The translations under genes and the position numbers were made by a program. Under the pieces are notes generated by a model. It ran no database searches. It worked only from the letters and a program-made list of their open reading frames with translations, and had not been told where the DNA came from. Below, in pieces: positions 1 through 9,558 of a stretch of DNA of 64,000 nt; position 1 is the stretch's first letter, and each line of letters begins with the position of its first letter. The stretch lies in contig CAVSBO010000010.1 of assembly GCA_963726195.1 (NCBI GenBank), positions 32,001 through 96,000 on the forward strand, given 5' to 3'. This stretch comes from Candidatus Thorarchaeota archaeon. Its GTDB lineage: Archaea; Asgardarchaeota; Thorarchaeia; Thorarchaeales; Thorarchaeaceae.

Positions 1-1
1 T

Positions 2-361
2 GAGCTCAAGGATATCATAGAGAAATCCGATTTCATAACACTACATGTTCCAATGGTACCCGCGACAAAAGGTATGATTGGCGAGAAGGAACTTGGTCGT
101 ATGAAGAAGACCGCCTACATAATCAACACCTCTCGTGGTGGGATTGTCGATGAAGCGGCTCTTCTAAAGGCACTCGACGCAGGAACAATCGCAGGCGCAG
201 GTTTGGACGTGTATGTAGATGAGCCACCTAAGGACTGGAAGCTAGTGAAGCATCCAAAGGTCGTGGCAACGCCCCATATCGCATCATCTACGCTCGAGGC
301 TCAGAGCAGGATAGGAGAACTGACCGTCGACAAAGTCATTGCAGAGTTCGTCAAGAAATAG
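2..361 (+). CDS. D-isomer 2-hydroxyacid dehydrogenase (phosphoglycerate dehydrogenase-like), 5' truncated by window
   Basis: SDFITLHVP, INTSRGGIVDE, GLDVY..EP, TPHIAS motifs. Confidence 0.85.
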   Translation, partial: ELKDIIEKSDFITLHVPMVPATKGMIGEKELGRMKKTAYIINTSRGGIVDEAALLKALDAGTIAGAGLDVYVDEPPKDWKLVKHPKVVATPHIASSTLEAQSRIGELTVDKVIAEFVKK

Positions 362-426
362 GGCACGGCAGTAAACGAATCCGTCTAGTTCAATCGCTAC
401 ATCTTTAAGTGAAATCTATGGGAGAA

Positions 427-524
427 ACGTGGTCGAGTTGGCGGAGAAGCCAAGGATCTCGACCACGTCATTCCTTTGTGTTGGCGGATACGTCCGCATG
501 GGATGTGGCCCTAGGGGCTGAACC
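427..524 (+). ncRNA. Structured 5' leader of rpl15e (eL15 r-leader-like)
   Basis: 11-bp stem ACGTGGTCGAG/CTCGACCACGT with inner TTGGC/GCCAA; GCGGA-TACG-TCCGC hairpin; GGGATGTGG-[GCCC/GGGC]-CTGAACC motif just upstream of rpl15e. Confidence 0.6.
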
Positions 525-565
525 TCAAACAAAGAGACTTGATTTACGGCAAAGGAAGCAGTCAG

Positions 566-1147
566 ATGTCAGCATACAAGCACATGAATGAAGCTTGGAT
601 GGAAGAGGAGGAGCAACGCTCCGAGATCATCCGCGACAGGTTCATCGGCTGGAGAAAGCAGGATAGTATCGTAAGGCTGGAACATCCAACAAGACTCGGA
701 CGAGCCCGCTCATTGGGTTTCAAAGCCAAGCAAGGCTACGTTGTCGTAAGAGTCAGGACTGGCCGAGGCCCACGTGAGAGGATTCGACCGAAGGCCGGAC
801 GAAAGCCAAGGCGTATGGGTGTGACCAGATTCACGCCCCAGAAGTCTCGTCGCTGGATTGCTGAAGAGAGAGTAGCACGAAAGTTTCCCAACCTAGAGGT
901 GCTGAACTCTTACTGGGTAGGTCAGGACAACAAGTGGATATGGTATGAGTGCATCTTGGTCGACCCTAATCACCCCGTAATCTACAACGACCCGGCCATA
1001 AACTGGGTGTGTGACCCTGTCCAGAAAGGCAGAGTACACCGCGGGCTCACCTCAGCTGGCAAGAAGAGCAGGGGTTTGCGCAGAAAGGGTAAGGGTGCTG
1101 AGAAGATCAGGCCATCTCTCGCAGCCAGAGGCAATGTTGGTAAGTAG
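566..1147 (+). CDS. rpl15e: 50S ribosomal protein L15e
   Basis: PTRLGRARSLGFKAKQG, LEVLNSYWVGQD, GRVHRGLTSAG. Confidence 0.97.
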   Translation: MSAYKHMNEAWMEEEEQRSEIIRDRFIGWRKQDSIVRLEHPTRLGRARSLGFKAKQGYVVVRVRTGRGPRERIRPKAGRKPRRMGVTRFTPQKSRRWIAEERVARKFPNLEVLNSYWVGQDNKWIWYECILVDPNHPVIYNDPAINWVCDPVQKGRVHRGLTSAGKKSRGLRRKGKGAEKIRPSLAARGNVGK

Positions 1148-1224
1148 ACCTGATTACTCCGTTCAGGTTTTGAAAGGTCAGGGGCTTTAATACCAGTCAA
1201 TACCATAGATGTGCAGACGATAAC

Positions 1225-1275
1225 ACGAGCCTGTCTGATTGGACTGAACGAGCGATGGAGGCCATGAGAACATGA
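1225..1275 (+). pseudogene. tnpA: Collapsed IS607 tnpA remnant (TSLSDWTERAMEAMRT; ATG changed to ACG)
   Basis: Aligns with MKLSDWAERAMEAMRT of copy 2; its stop overlaps the tnpB ATG (ATGA). Confidence 0.65.
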
Positions 1276-2472
1276 AAATCATGCGGGCCTACAAAACAGA
1301 GTTGGACCCCAACAACGTTCAGCGCACAGTCCTGCTCAGACACGCCGGAACAGCAAGATTCGCATACAACTGGGGACTCGCACTGCGGAAGGAAGAGTAC
1401 GAAAGGATGGGAACATCATCGAATGCCATCGAGCTACATCGGCAGTTAAACGCATTGAAGAAGACGAAGTTCGCTTGGATGTACGAGGTTTCCAAATGCG
1501 CCCCGCAGGAAGCCCTCCGAGATCTCGACAGGGCGTACAAGAACTTCTTCGAGGGGCGGGCGGAATACCCAAAATTCAAGCGCAGAAGACTCGGCGCAGG
1601 TAGTTTCAGACTCACAGGATCCATCAGGGTGTTCTGCCACTCGGTGCAATTACCCCGACTCGGCGTGGTTCGACTCAAGGAAGAAGGCTACCTTCCGATT
1701 GGGGGAGTTCACGTCCTGTCGGCGACTGTTTCAGAAAAAGCAGGGAAATGGTTTGTGAGTCTTCAGGTGCAAGATGAGATTGAAGTACCAAATAACACCG
1801 GACCTGTGGCCGGGGTTGATCTTGGTATTTCGAAACTCGCTACAATCAGCGATGGATCCATCATCACGAATCCAAAACCTCTTTCACGCCTCGAGCGAAA
1901 GAACAAGCGAATCCAAAGGTCTCTTGTCAGGAAGGTGAAAGGCAGCAATAACCGAACCAAAACCGTGATACGACTAGCTCGGCACGAACTCAGAATTGCG
2001 AACATCCGCAAAGACGCCCAGCACAAAGCCACAACGATGATGGCGAGAACCAAGTCGGTCATCGGCGTGGAAAGCCTGAACGTGGCTGGACTGCTCAAGA
2101 ACCATCACTTGGCAAAGCAGCTCGCGGATGCAGGCATAGGAGAGTTACTCCGTCAGCTGGAATACAAGACCACATGGAATGGGGGTGCGGTCGTGGAAGC
2201 AGACCCGTTCTTTCCGTCGACAAAACGATGCTCCCAATGCGGAATAGTCAAGGATGAAATGCCGCTCTCTGAGAGAACATACAGGTGCGGGAGTTGCGGT
2301 TTCGAAGTCGACCGCGACTTGAACGCCGCCATGAATCTCAGCTTCAGTCGCCGCCAGTTGGGCGGAGACAGAAAACGCCTGCGAGAATGGAGAGGTTCAT
2401 GCCACAAGAGACAGGTGCTCCATGATGAAGCAGGAACCGAACACTGTTTGGGAGGACGTCCTGAATGGGTGA
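1272..2472 (+). CDS. tnpB: RNA-guided endonuclease TnpB (extra base near 2338 extends the ORF to 2549)
   Basis: N-terminal HTH_OrfB-like region, RuvC GVDLG / GVESL / DRDLNAA, CxxC..CxxC zinc finger. Confidence 0.93.
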
Positions 2473-2926
2473 GTTTCGGACAACGGTTGAGGCCCGAGCC
2501 TACTCACGCGCGACAGAGATTGTCGAAAGGGTCAATGCTGCAGTCCTGAACGTATTTCCCGAGGACCTTCGCAGCAGGGTGCAGATATCCAGTGCGACGA
2601 CGGAAGGGTACAATCAGATACCCATTGTTGTAATTGTTGCGACAATAGAGGACAAGGTATCGAGTGAGATTGCAGTAGATTACCTCCTGAGGGCATTATC
2701 TCCAAACGACAAAGAGATCCTCATCAACACGATAAAGCAGCGTCTGGACGAACGTTGCGTTCTTTTCATTAGACTTGATAAGCAGGCGGCATATCTTGGC
2801 CACCTGCAGTTAGCAACGGAGCCTGATGTCATTAGTATCCAAGTCCATATTCGCCAGTATCCTCGATGTAATCAGGAAAAAGCCATAACATTCATTGAAG
2901 AACGTCTAGTATCTGCGGAGGGGTGA
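2465..2926 (+). CDS. DUF54-family RNA-binding protein; N-terminus MGEFRTT derived from the IS end (original 5' exon-like fragment at 1134-1182)
   Basis: ARAYSRATE, GYNQIPI, LFIRLDKQAAYLG; conserved rpl15e-DUF54-rnp3-rnp2 context. Confidence 0.8.
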   Translation: MGEFRTTVEARAYSRATEIVERVNAAVLNVFPEDLRSRVQISSATTEGYNQIPIVVIVATIEDKVSSEIAVDYLLRALSPNDKEILINTIKQRLDERCVLFIRLDKQAAYLGHLQLATEPDVISIQVHIRQYPRCNQEKAITFIEERLVSAEG

Positions 2927-2929
2927 ATC

Positions 2930-3616
2930 GTGCCTCTGGACCTGAACGTAAGAGTACCCAAGTCTGACAGGCTTACAGATTTCACCCAAATGGCAATCAC
3001 AATAGGCCTGACCGGTTTTGCTGTTCCAATACCACTGAGAAACCCCATAACGAAGACGAACGATGGTATTGTACTGATGACTAGGACAGACCTCGTCGGA
3101 AAGGGAGTGGAATCCATCAAGAAACAGCTGTCACGCATCAGACGACAGACTGCAGTAATCGCAGTGCCTCTGAGCGATATCGAGATCTCAAACTGGGCAG
3201 CGGAGGATTCCAGAGTCGATCTTCTAACTGTCGCAGAACTGTCAAAAGAGAATACCATTCGAGAGAGCACAGCAAAGCTGGCTGCACACAATGGAATCGC
3301 TCTGGAGATTCCTATTGCTCCACTTCTCAGATTCTCCGGGCTCGACAGGTCAAAGGTGTTGAAGGTCTACAGAGAGTCTGTAACAACCGCAATAGGCGCA
3401 GGGATGAAAGTCGTCTTGTCGAGCTTTGCATCCGAACCAATCCTAATGAGAGCGCCATCGGCCATGTGGCACATTGGTATCATCCTTGGCATGGACAAGC
3501 GTCAATCAAGGGAGTGCGTATATCAAGTACCGGATCAAATCCTGAGCCGCTCGGAACAGAAAATGAGGTCTCAGTCATTTGCGCCCGGAATCGAAGTTGT
3601 TCGAGAGGAGGGGTAG
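2930..3616 (+). CDS. rnp3: RNase P protein subunit p30 (Rpp30)
   Basis: NWAAEDSRVDLL, AKLAAHNGIALEI, VVLSSFA..P..MRAP. Confidence 0.85.
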   Translation: MPLDLNVRVPKSDRLTDFTQMAITIGLTGFAVPIPLRNPITKTNDGIVLMTRTDLVGKGVESIKKQLSRIRRQTAVIAVPLSDIEISNWAAEDSRVDLLTVAELSKENTIRESTAKLAAHNGIALEIPIAPLLRFSGLDRSKVLKVYRESVTTAIGAGMKVVLSSFASEPILMRAPSAMWHIGIILGMDKRQSRECVYQVPDQILSRSEQKMRSQSFAPGIEVVREEG

Positions 3617-3618
3617 AA

Positions 3619-3927
3619 ATGCGCAAAATGAGAAGAAGGTATGTTCTGTTTCGCGTGCATAGGGAGGGCCCGCCGATTGACGTACATCAGCTTTCAGCAG
3701 CAATTCGAAAGAACTTACTTTCTCTCTTCGGAGAGGTTTCCGTCGCAGACTCTAGGCTGTTCATAGGTAAATATGACGAGAACGAAGGAACCGGGATAAT
3801 GCAATGTAACGCTGAATCGCTTGACAGGCTTATTGCGTCTGCGTCGCTGATAACTACCATTGACAAGACACAAGTGTCCTTTGAGCCAAAACGAGCCTCA
3901 GGGACGCTGAAAGGTTTGGAACGTTAG
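3619..3927 (+). CDS. rnp2: RNase P subunit Pop5/Rpp14
   Basis: RRRYVLF, LFGE, GIMQC, SGTLKGL. Confidence 0.88.
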   Translation: MRKMRRRYVLFRVHREGPPIDVHQLSAAIRKNLLSLFGEVSVADSRLFIGKYDENEGTGIMQCNAESLDRLIASASLITTIDKTQVSFEPKRASGTLKGLER

Positions 3928-3929
3928 AC

Positions 3930-4343
3930 TCAAACTACAACAAGAGGGACTTCGACCACTTTCGCATCATCAAGCATGAAAGCTCGGCTTTTCCAGCGGC
4001 CTGTTGTCTTAGATGCTATCACCCACACAACCGGGTTGAGATTCATGTTTTGAATATCCCTTTCTGACGGCTTGGGGGGCACAGGATGAGAATGAAATAT
4101 CCCAATCAAATCCTCGCCCAGTGCCTCAGCGTCCTGAAGCAGGCGATACTCGACCATAGGGTCAACTTCGAATGCTACGCTCGATTTCAAAGCATTATCA
4201 ACGGGCTCGACTCTCGTAACCGCGACGATGTCGTGTTCGAGATGACCAAAAAGCAAAGCCGCTGACTCAAGAGGTAGACAACTCTGTGCGTGGCGGAGAA
4301 GCCTGTCCATGTGGACTTTCGATATGCGAATGCCGTCCAACAC
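3930..4343 (-). CDS. JAMM/MPN+ (Mov34, M67) metalloprotease
   Basis: E..ALLFG ... HSHP...PS.RD JAMM motif. Confidence 0.88.
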   Translation of the reverse strand: MLDGIRISKVHMDRLLRHAQSCLPLESAALLFGHLEHDIVAVTRVEPVDNALKSSVAFEVDPMVEYRLLQDAEALGEDLIGIFHSHPVPPKPSERDIQNMNLNPVVWVIASKTTGRWKSRAFMLDDAKVVEVPLVVV

Positions 4344-4375
4344 GAGACCGGTCTCCGTTCTGAGGTCGTTGATAA

Positions 4376-5152
4376 TTAGAGTACTCTCAGCTTCTCCCCT
4401 AGTATTCGATCCTCTTCTCCAGCCATGATTGCATATAGCTCTATGTGGTCAAGCAGCTGTGCCGCGTTGCGTATCTTCTTCTCTAGGAGCTCTTGAATCT
4501 GGAAAATGCCTGAGGCGTTGCTCATCGAAATCTCTATTCTCACGGTCTTTTCTTCGCCTTTCTTGATGTCGACCTTGTTAATCGCCATTGCCGAGGCCGA
4601 ATGGATGTTTACTCTCCCTGCCTCAAATGGAATCCTCGCCCTGCCCTTTGTCATGTCGAGCGCATCGGCCACACCAACAATGCCTGCCTCGATAGTGCTC
4701 GGAGTGATTTGTTTGTCATGGCAGAAAATAGCATGGAGTACGTGCCCTCTGATGTGAGCCTGTTTGTGCCTGTCCTTGGGGTACACCTTCTCCAGAATCC
4801 TGCTTACAATCGGTGTTGCTAGAGTCACTGAGAATACATTGTGCCGCTCACGGTGCACGCTCATTCCTATGTCGTGCAGATAACAAGCAAGCATCACTAC
4901 AAGCTCAGAGTCATCGAATGTCCCGGTCTGTTCCTGCACAATGGTCGGTTGGACTCCCGAACTCAAAGCTCGCAGCAGATTAATCCCATTCATGGTTACA
5001 ATCAGAGAGTGCGTGTGTCCGTGATCAGAGAATCCGAGTCGGTCTATTGCCATCCTGTTGCAGTCCTCAAGCATGGTATCGACTTCATCATCATTCTCAA
5101 GTTCATCAAATGCCAACTCGCACATCTTGTTGCCGGCAAATAGCTCGCGCAC
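4376..5152 (-). CDS. HD-domain phosphohydrolase (COG3294-like); start uncertain
   Basis: DHGHTH, YLHDIGM, CHD, ADALDMTKGRAR. Confidence 0.85.
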   Translation of the reverse strand: MRELFAGNKMCELAFDELENDDEVDTMLEDCNRMAIDRLGFSDHGHTHSLIVTMNGINLLRALSSGVQPTIVQEQTGTFDDSELVVMLACYLHDIGMSVHRERHNVFSVTLATPIVSRILEKVYPKDRHKQAHIRGHVLHAIFCHDKQITPSTIEAGIVGVADALDMTKGRARIPFEAGRVNIHSASAMAINKVDIKKGEEKTVRIEISMSNASGIFQIQELLEKKIRNAAQLLDHIELYAIMAGEEDRILGEKLRVL

Positions 5153-5448
5153 TCTCTCTTTCAGAGTACTCTTCTGTTTCTGGAAATTGGGCGCTTTCTC
5201 GCCCTTCTCTCTCTGAACCTTTGACGCTTGCTCCGCCTTGTCTCCAGTTCGATGTCTATCTGAGTGTATCTGTATTCCCCCTTAGTTGGGATTGCGAGGA
5301 CAGCCAAAAGCCGTTTTGGTTGCTGCAAACGGACAATAGGGTCATCCTGCATCCCGTGAAAGCCTTTGCTGTCGAGGCCCTAAATCGCGCCGGGTTAGAA
5401 AATGGGTTTCAATCCGTTGGAAATTCGTTGATGGTCCCTAGAGTCCTC

Positions 5449-6795
5449 CTACGATGCAATAGCCCGTTTGCGAAGCCCAAGGGAAAGAAGACCCGCGCCA
5501 ATCACAGATGCTGCGCCGATGAACACCAGATTGGAAAGGGTCAAGCCCTGCCCTAGTAGCCAAGCACCTGTAAGTGATCCCACGGCAAACCCGGCCATCC
5601 CCAATGTCTGCAGGAACGACACTACTTCGTCAGACCCGGCAGCATGAGTGTGTTCGTGTCTGTGCCGGGCGATACCAAACGAAGAACCTGTGGCGCGGGT
5701 CAGATAGTAGTGTTGGTGCTCATGAACTCAGCTCAACGGTTGGAGTAAAATCAATGGCGGCGTCATTCCTCGATGGTTCAATAAACCCCTCAGACATTCC
5801 TGCAAAGAGCTAGTACTGACGTCAACACTATGAATGATGATGCGTTTGGGTATAAGGTCACTATTGCGCCCTTGACAATAAGACTGATGACTAGTGGACC
5901 ATAGTGACCGGATTGATCCACCAGCCTTCCAGCGTATACCTGTGTAGCACCCCATACCAAGTCACCGAGAAGGTAGCCGTATGCAATCTGATCGATAGGA
6001 ACTCCATTGTTTTCGATAAGAATAGACAGCCCCGGTGTATAGATGCCATGAGAGAAATCATAGATTATGTAGACGCATGCAAGAATCAACACGGGCCGTG
6101 ACGATAGAGTATGCATGATGAGACCAGGGTGCACATGCCCATGAGCCCTAGGAGGGATTAGTCCATCTCTTTCTGACATAGTGCTTCGTGAACCTATGGT
6201 GCCAAGCACTACAAGAGAAAGAAGGAATAGTGCTGCAGCAATAGCTCCTGATTGTATGCGTTTGATCTTGTGCAGTAATTAGCGCGATGGCATTCACGCT
6301 GGCTCCTGCAAGCCCTTGGCCTATGGCAGACCCAAGAAACAGGGCTGCAAGGAGTGTCCCAATGCTTTCACCGCGAGATGACTTGACGTCGGATGAGACA
6401 CGAATCACAAGGATAGCGAAGAGGCCTGACCCCGCACCGTCGGCGATTCGTGAGACGGCGAGAAGCGCACTATCGGAAGTGATAGCAGGTAATGAATGCA
6501 AACACGCCTAGGAGTCTTCCGGTCGTCGAGAAGTGTGCTTCGCTTGTTATGCATCGATTCTGGTGAAGACAAGTAGGCCAGCAATTTGGCCTAACGAAGA
6601 GAATGTACTTCCCAACGAGATCAGTGATTCAGAACCGCCTAGGTTCAGTATCTGGAATGGAAATAAAAAACGAAGAACCCCGCCCAGTAATCCAAACATG
6701 AAGAGGGCGCTGAAAGCGCTCAGAATGGCTGGTTCCCTCCTTAGGAGCCAACCCTTTTGCGGCGGATTCTCTCTGTTGGTCACAGAACAAGCCAA
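5449..6795 (-). pseudogene. MFS transporter broken by several frameshifts
   Basis: Successive hydrophobic fragments (RIADGAGSGLF, RGESIG, GRLVDQSG, GFAVGSLTGAWL) in different frames. Confidence 0.7.
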
Positions 6796-6798
6796 TCC

Positions 6799-7209
6799 CT
6801 ACAAGCGTGTCGGATTTGGACCAATCTTCCTTACTTCATCAGCAAACTTGTTTACCTCAGCCGCGAATTTGTCACCCTCTGCGGCGCTAACAAAGACCAT
6901 CTTCACCCGGCCTTCGTTCATGCCTAGCTGGCCGATGAGCTTCTTCGCAAACCGGACCCTTCTTTCTGCACCTAAGTTTCCCGTCTTGTACGCGCAGTCG
7001 CCAGGGTGACAGCCAACCACGAGAACGCCATCTGCGCCTTCTTGGAGAGCCTTCAGAATGAAGTTGATGTCCAGCCTTGCTGTGCAAGGCATGCGAATAA
7101 TGCGAGCACTCACGTCATACTGTATCTTCATTGTACCTGCGAGATCGGCCGCATTGTACATGCACTGAGTACAGCCGAACACGATGACGTTCATGTCCTT
7201 TGGAGGCAT
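6799..7209 (-). CDS. mvhD: MvhD/VhuD/FlpD-type [2Fe-2S] subunit (Cys form, no Sec)
   Basis: CTQC..AADLAG, IIRMPCTAR, GADGVLVVGCHPGDC. Confidence 0.93.
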   Translation of the reverse strand: MPPKDMNVIVFGCTQCMYNAADLAGTMKIQYDVSARIIRMPCTARLDINFILKALQEGADGVLVVGCHPGDCAYKTGNLGAERRVRFAKKLIGQLGMNEGRVKMVFVSAAEGDKFAAEVNKFADEVRKIGPNPTRL

Positions 7210-7564
7210 TCCATCGACCGTTCATTGTTAGTTGAACAAAGTTGGACACAGGAGTCTTCGTCCGCCCAGAAACGGCACTGGGCTCAAACTCCTTGAGGTC
7301 AAGTTCGTGTCGTTTCAACCTCAATGATTGAATTCTTCACTGAGGCTTATGTACTCCTTTAGTGTCATGTCCAAGTTTGTCCAGATTTTCGGCGCGCCGC
7401 GACCCTTCGGTAAGACGTTGGTCGGCTGGCTTGACGTGCCATTTAACCTTTCAGATACGCTCTGGAGACCATCCATAGGGGACTGCCTTTCTGAGATCGG
7501 GCTAGATGTGAGGAGGGCGAGAAGCATTCACTTGTTCAGGAGTCTGCTCAGACTCATACGGTAC

Positions 7565-8332
7565 CTAGACAGGCTTGAATGCCTCTACCTCTGCACTGTA
7601 CACGAGTGTCATGAATGGTCTCTTAGAAACGACCTTCACGTCTTGGAATCCCGCATCATGAATCTTGCCCACGTAAATCCGCTCGTCGAGAGCACCAGCT
7701 ACGCATCCGGCCCATGCATCGGGACTGTCTCTCACCGCTTTGGGCAGCTCCCCATCGGTTACTATGTCAGAAACCATTAACCGGCCGCCGGGCTTCAGTA
7801 CTCTGTATGCCTCTCTGAACACCTTGTCCTTGTCTGGTGCGAGGTTGATTACGCAGTTGCTTATGATGACATCAACAGACTGATCTTCCACAGGCAACTC
7901 CTCGATATCTCCGAGTCTGAATTCGACATTCTCGAGACCCATGTCCTTCGCGCCCTTCTCTGCCAACTCTATCATATCGGGTGTCATGTCTACGCCAATT
8001 GCCCTGCCGTCCGGCCCAACCTTCTTCGCGGCCAAGAATATGTCAATACCTCCCCCAGATCCAAGATCAAGAACAACCTCTCCCTCTTGCAGCCCCGCAA
8101 GAGCTGTTGGATTACCACATCCTGCACTTGCTGCAATGGCCCCATCTGGCAGCGTAGTTATTTGCTCCTTAACATAACCTATGGCTTCTGCGTACTCGGC
8201 ATTCGAGGCCGATTCGCAACATGAGCTGGAGCATGAGCAAGAGGCAGGTGCTTGCGCCCTTTGTGCAACCTCAGCGTAATGCTGTTTCACGTTCTTCTTG
8301 ATGGACTTGCTCTCCTTTCTCATTTCAGACAC
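7565..8332 (-). CDS. arsM: Arsenite methyltransferase
   Basis: N-terminal CC, GCGNP, LDLGSGGG, ISNCVINL, WAGCVAGA. Confidence 0.92.
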   Translation of the reverse strand: MSEMRKESKSIKKNVKQHYAEVAQRAQAPASCSCSSSCCESASNAEYAEAIGYVKEQITTLPDGAIAASAGCGNPTALAGLQEGEVVLDLGSGGGIDIFLAAKKVGPDGRAIGVDMTPDMIELAEKGAKDMGLENVEFRLGDIEELPVEDQSVDVIISNCVINLAPDKDKVFREAYRVLKPGGRLMVSDIVTDGELPKAVRDSPDAWAGCVAGALDERIYVGKIHDAGFQDVKVVSKRPFMTLVYSAEVEAFKPV

Positions 8333-8361
8333 ATCCTTCTATTGGCCACCTCGTGTGCCGT

Positions 8362-8409
8362 TATTGGACGCCCGATATGAAAAGATATAAACCTATTGGA
8401 CATCCAATA
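8362..8409. promoter_or_regulatory. Paired inverted-repeat operators and TATA box between arsM and padR
   Basis: Perfect TATTGGA-CA-TCCAATA (8394-8409), degenerate TATTGGA-CG-CCCGATA (8362-8377), TATAAA between them. Confidence 0.65.
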
Positions 8410-8415
8410 TGCACT

Positions 8416-8769
8416 ATGACGCGCAAGCCGGTGTTCGATGAATGCTGTCCGCCAGCCTGCTGTGACATGCGTGGTCTTCTTTCATTCCAAATACTTTGGG
8501 AACTCGGCAAGAAGCCAATGAACGGACAGGAACTGGCGAAAAGAATCGCAGTACGAAGAGGCAGCAAGCCGACACCCGGCACTATCTATCCTGCACTCAA
8601 GAATCTGTCTTCCCGTAAATTGGTTCAGAAAGCCTCAGAAGGGAGACAGGTCATTTACAGCCTGACAATCCTTGGCAGACAGGGCCTACTCGAAGCCTGT
8701 CATTACTTCTATCGGGCCTTTGGCGATATCTTCGAAGACTGCAAATGTGGTGGCTTCACCGGGCGATAG
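8416..8769 (+). CDS. PadR-family regulator with Cys-rich N-terminus
   Basis: ECCPPACCDMRG, P.PGTIYPALK.L, YSLT..G. Confidence 0.88.
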   Translation: MTRKPVFDECCPPACCDMRGLLSFQILWELGKKPMNGQELAKRIAVRRGSKPTPGTIYPALKNLSSRKLVQKASEGRQVIYSLTILGRQGLLEACHYFYRAFGDIFEDCKCGGFTGR

Positions 8770-8874
8770 AACAGGCCAAGGTTGAGGGTATTATTCCGAT
8801 GAGGTTCAGAAGAACGTCAAAGCGTGAACTTCAGGCTATTCTGAAATGCGACGGCTCATGCTGGCAACTACCGG

Positions 8875-9525
8875 TCAGCCCAGGTGATTCGTGAATACCT
8901 GATTGACTGCGTGGATGAACTTATTGAGTACAGCCCATGACTCCATTACACGGCCGGCAAGAACCCTGGTATAGTATGCTTTGCCCTTCATCGAGAATGA
9001 TATGGCACTTCGCGTTCAGAAGAGCACAGACATAGATCCACGTTCCGTCTTTGTAGGAGATGAGTATAGAGAATGCGATGTGTCGTATTATTCAGGGCAT
9101 CCTCGATTGAGTCATTTGAAGAATGCGTAAGGTTCAATCCAGCATACAATACCATCCTTGATTTCCTCTACTTCGTTGGTATCAGCAACGAATGTCTTAT
9201 CATAGACTGTGAGATTGTACGGACCGAGAGAGTCATTGACAAAAGATGCTGTAACCTGCCACCGGTCTGAGGATAGCGGAGCAAGTGTGGCTTCCATGGA
9301 TTACAGGTACATTATGTCGGTGCTGTTAGCAAAGATTTCTATCGATGTTATCTGCGAATCACTAGTCGGACTGTATGGACCAAGCCATCCTGTATAGACG
9401 AGCACCGCATAGGCGCTCACCACGATGGCAACAACGAAGATGGTGGCCTGCATTCCTTTGTTGTCCAACTCTCGTCTCCGTCCATCAATGGTATTGGTAC
9501 GAAGACTTTTGCTTCTTTTGCTCAA
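8875..9525 (-). pseudogene. Hypothetical membrane-anchored protein, frameshifted
   Basis: N-terminal TM helix, continued in other frames (9301-9525, 9112-9297 and downstream). Confidence 0.45.
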
Positions 9526-9558
9526 AGCACCTGAGAAGAGGACTCACGTCTGTTGAGA

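Larger units (their letters stand above)
1181..2486 (+). mobile_element. IS607-family non-autonomous tnpB element, copy 1 (GG at both ends)
   Basis: Homology to copy 2 starts at GG-GGCTT and ends at ...GGACAAC-GG; tnpA remnant; removal restores a host ORF in frame. Confidence 0.85.

Noticed and set aside
1181-2486. Group I intron (IStron) explanation for tolerated insertions
   Set aside because: Only about 90 nt lie between the left end and tnpB, too little for a group I core
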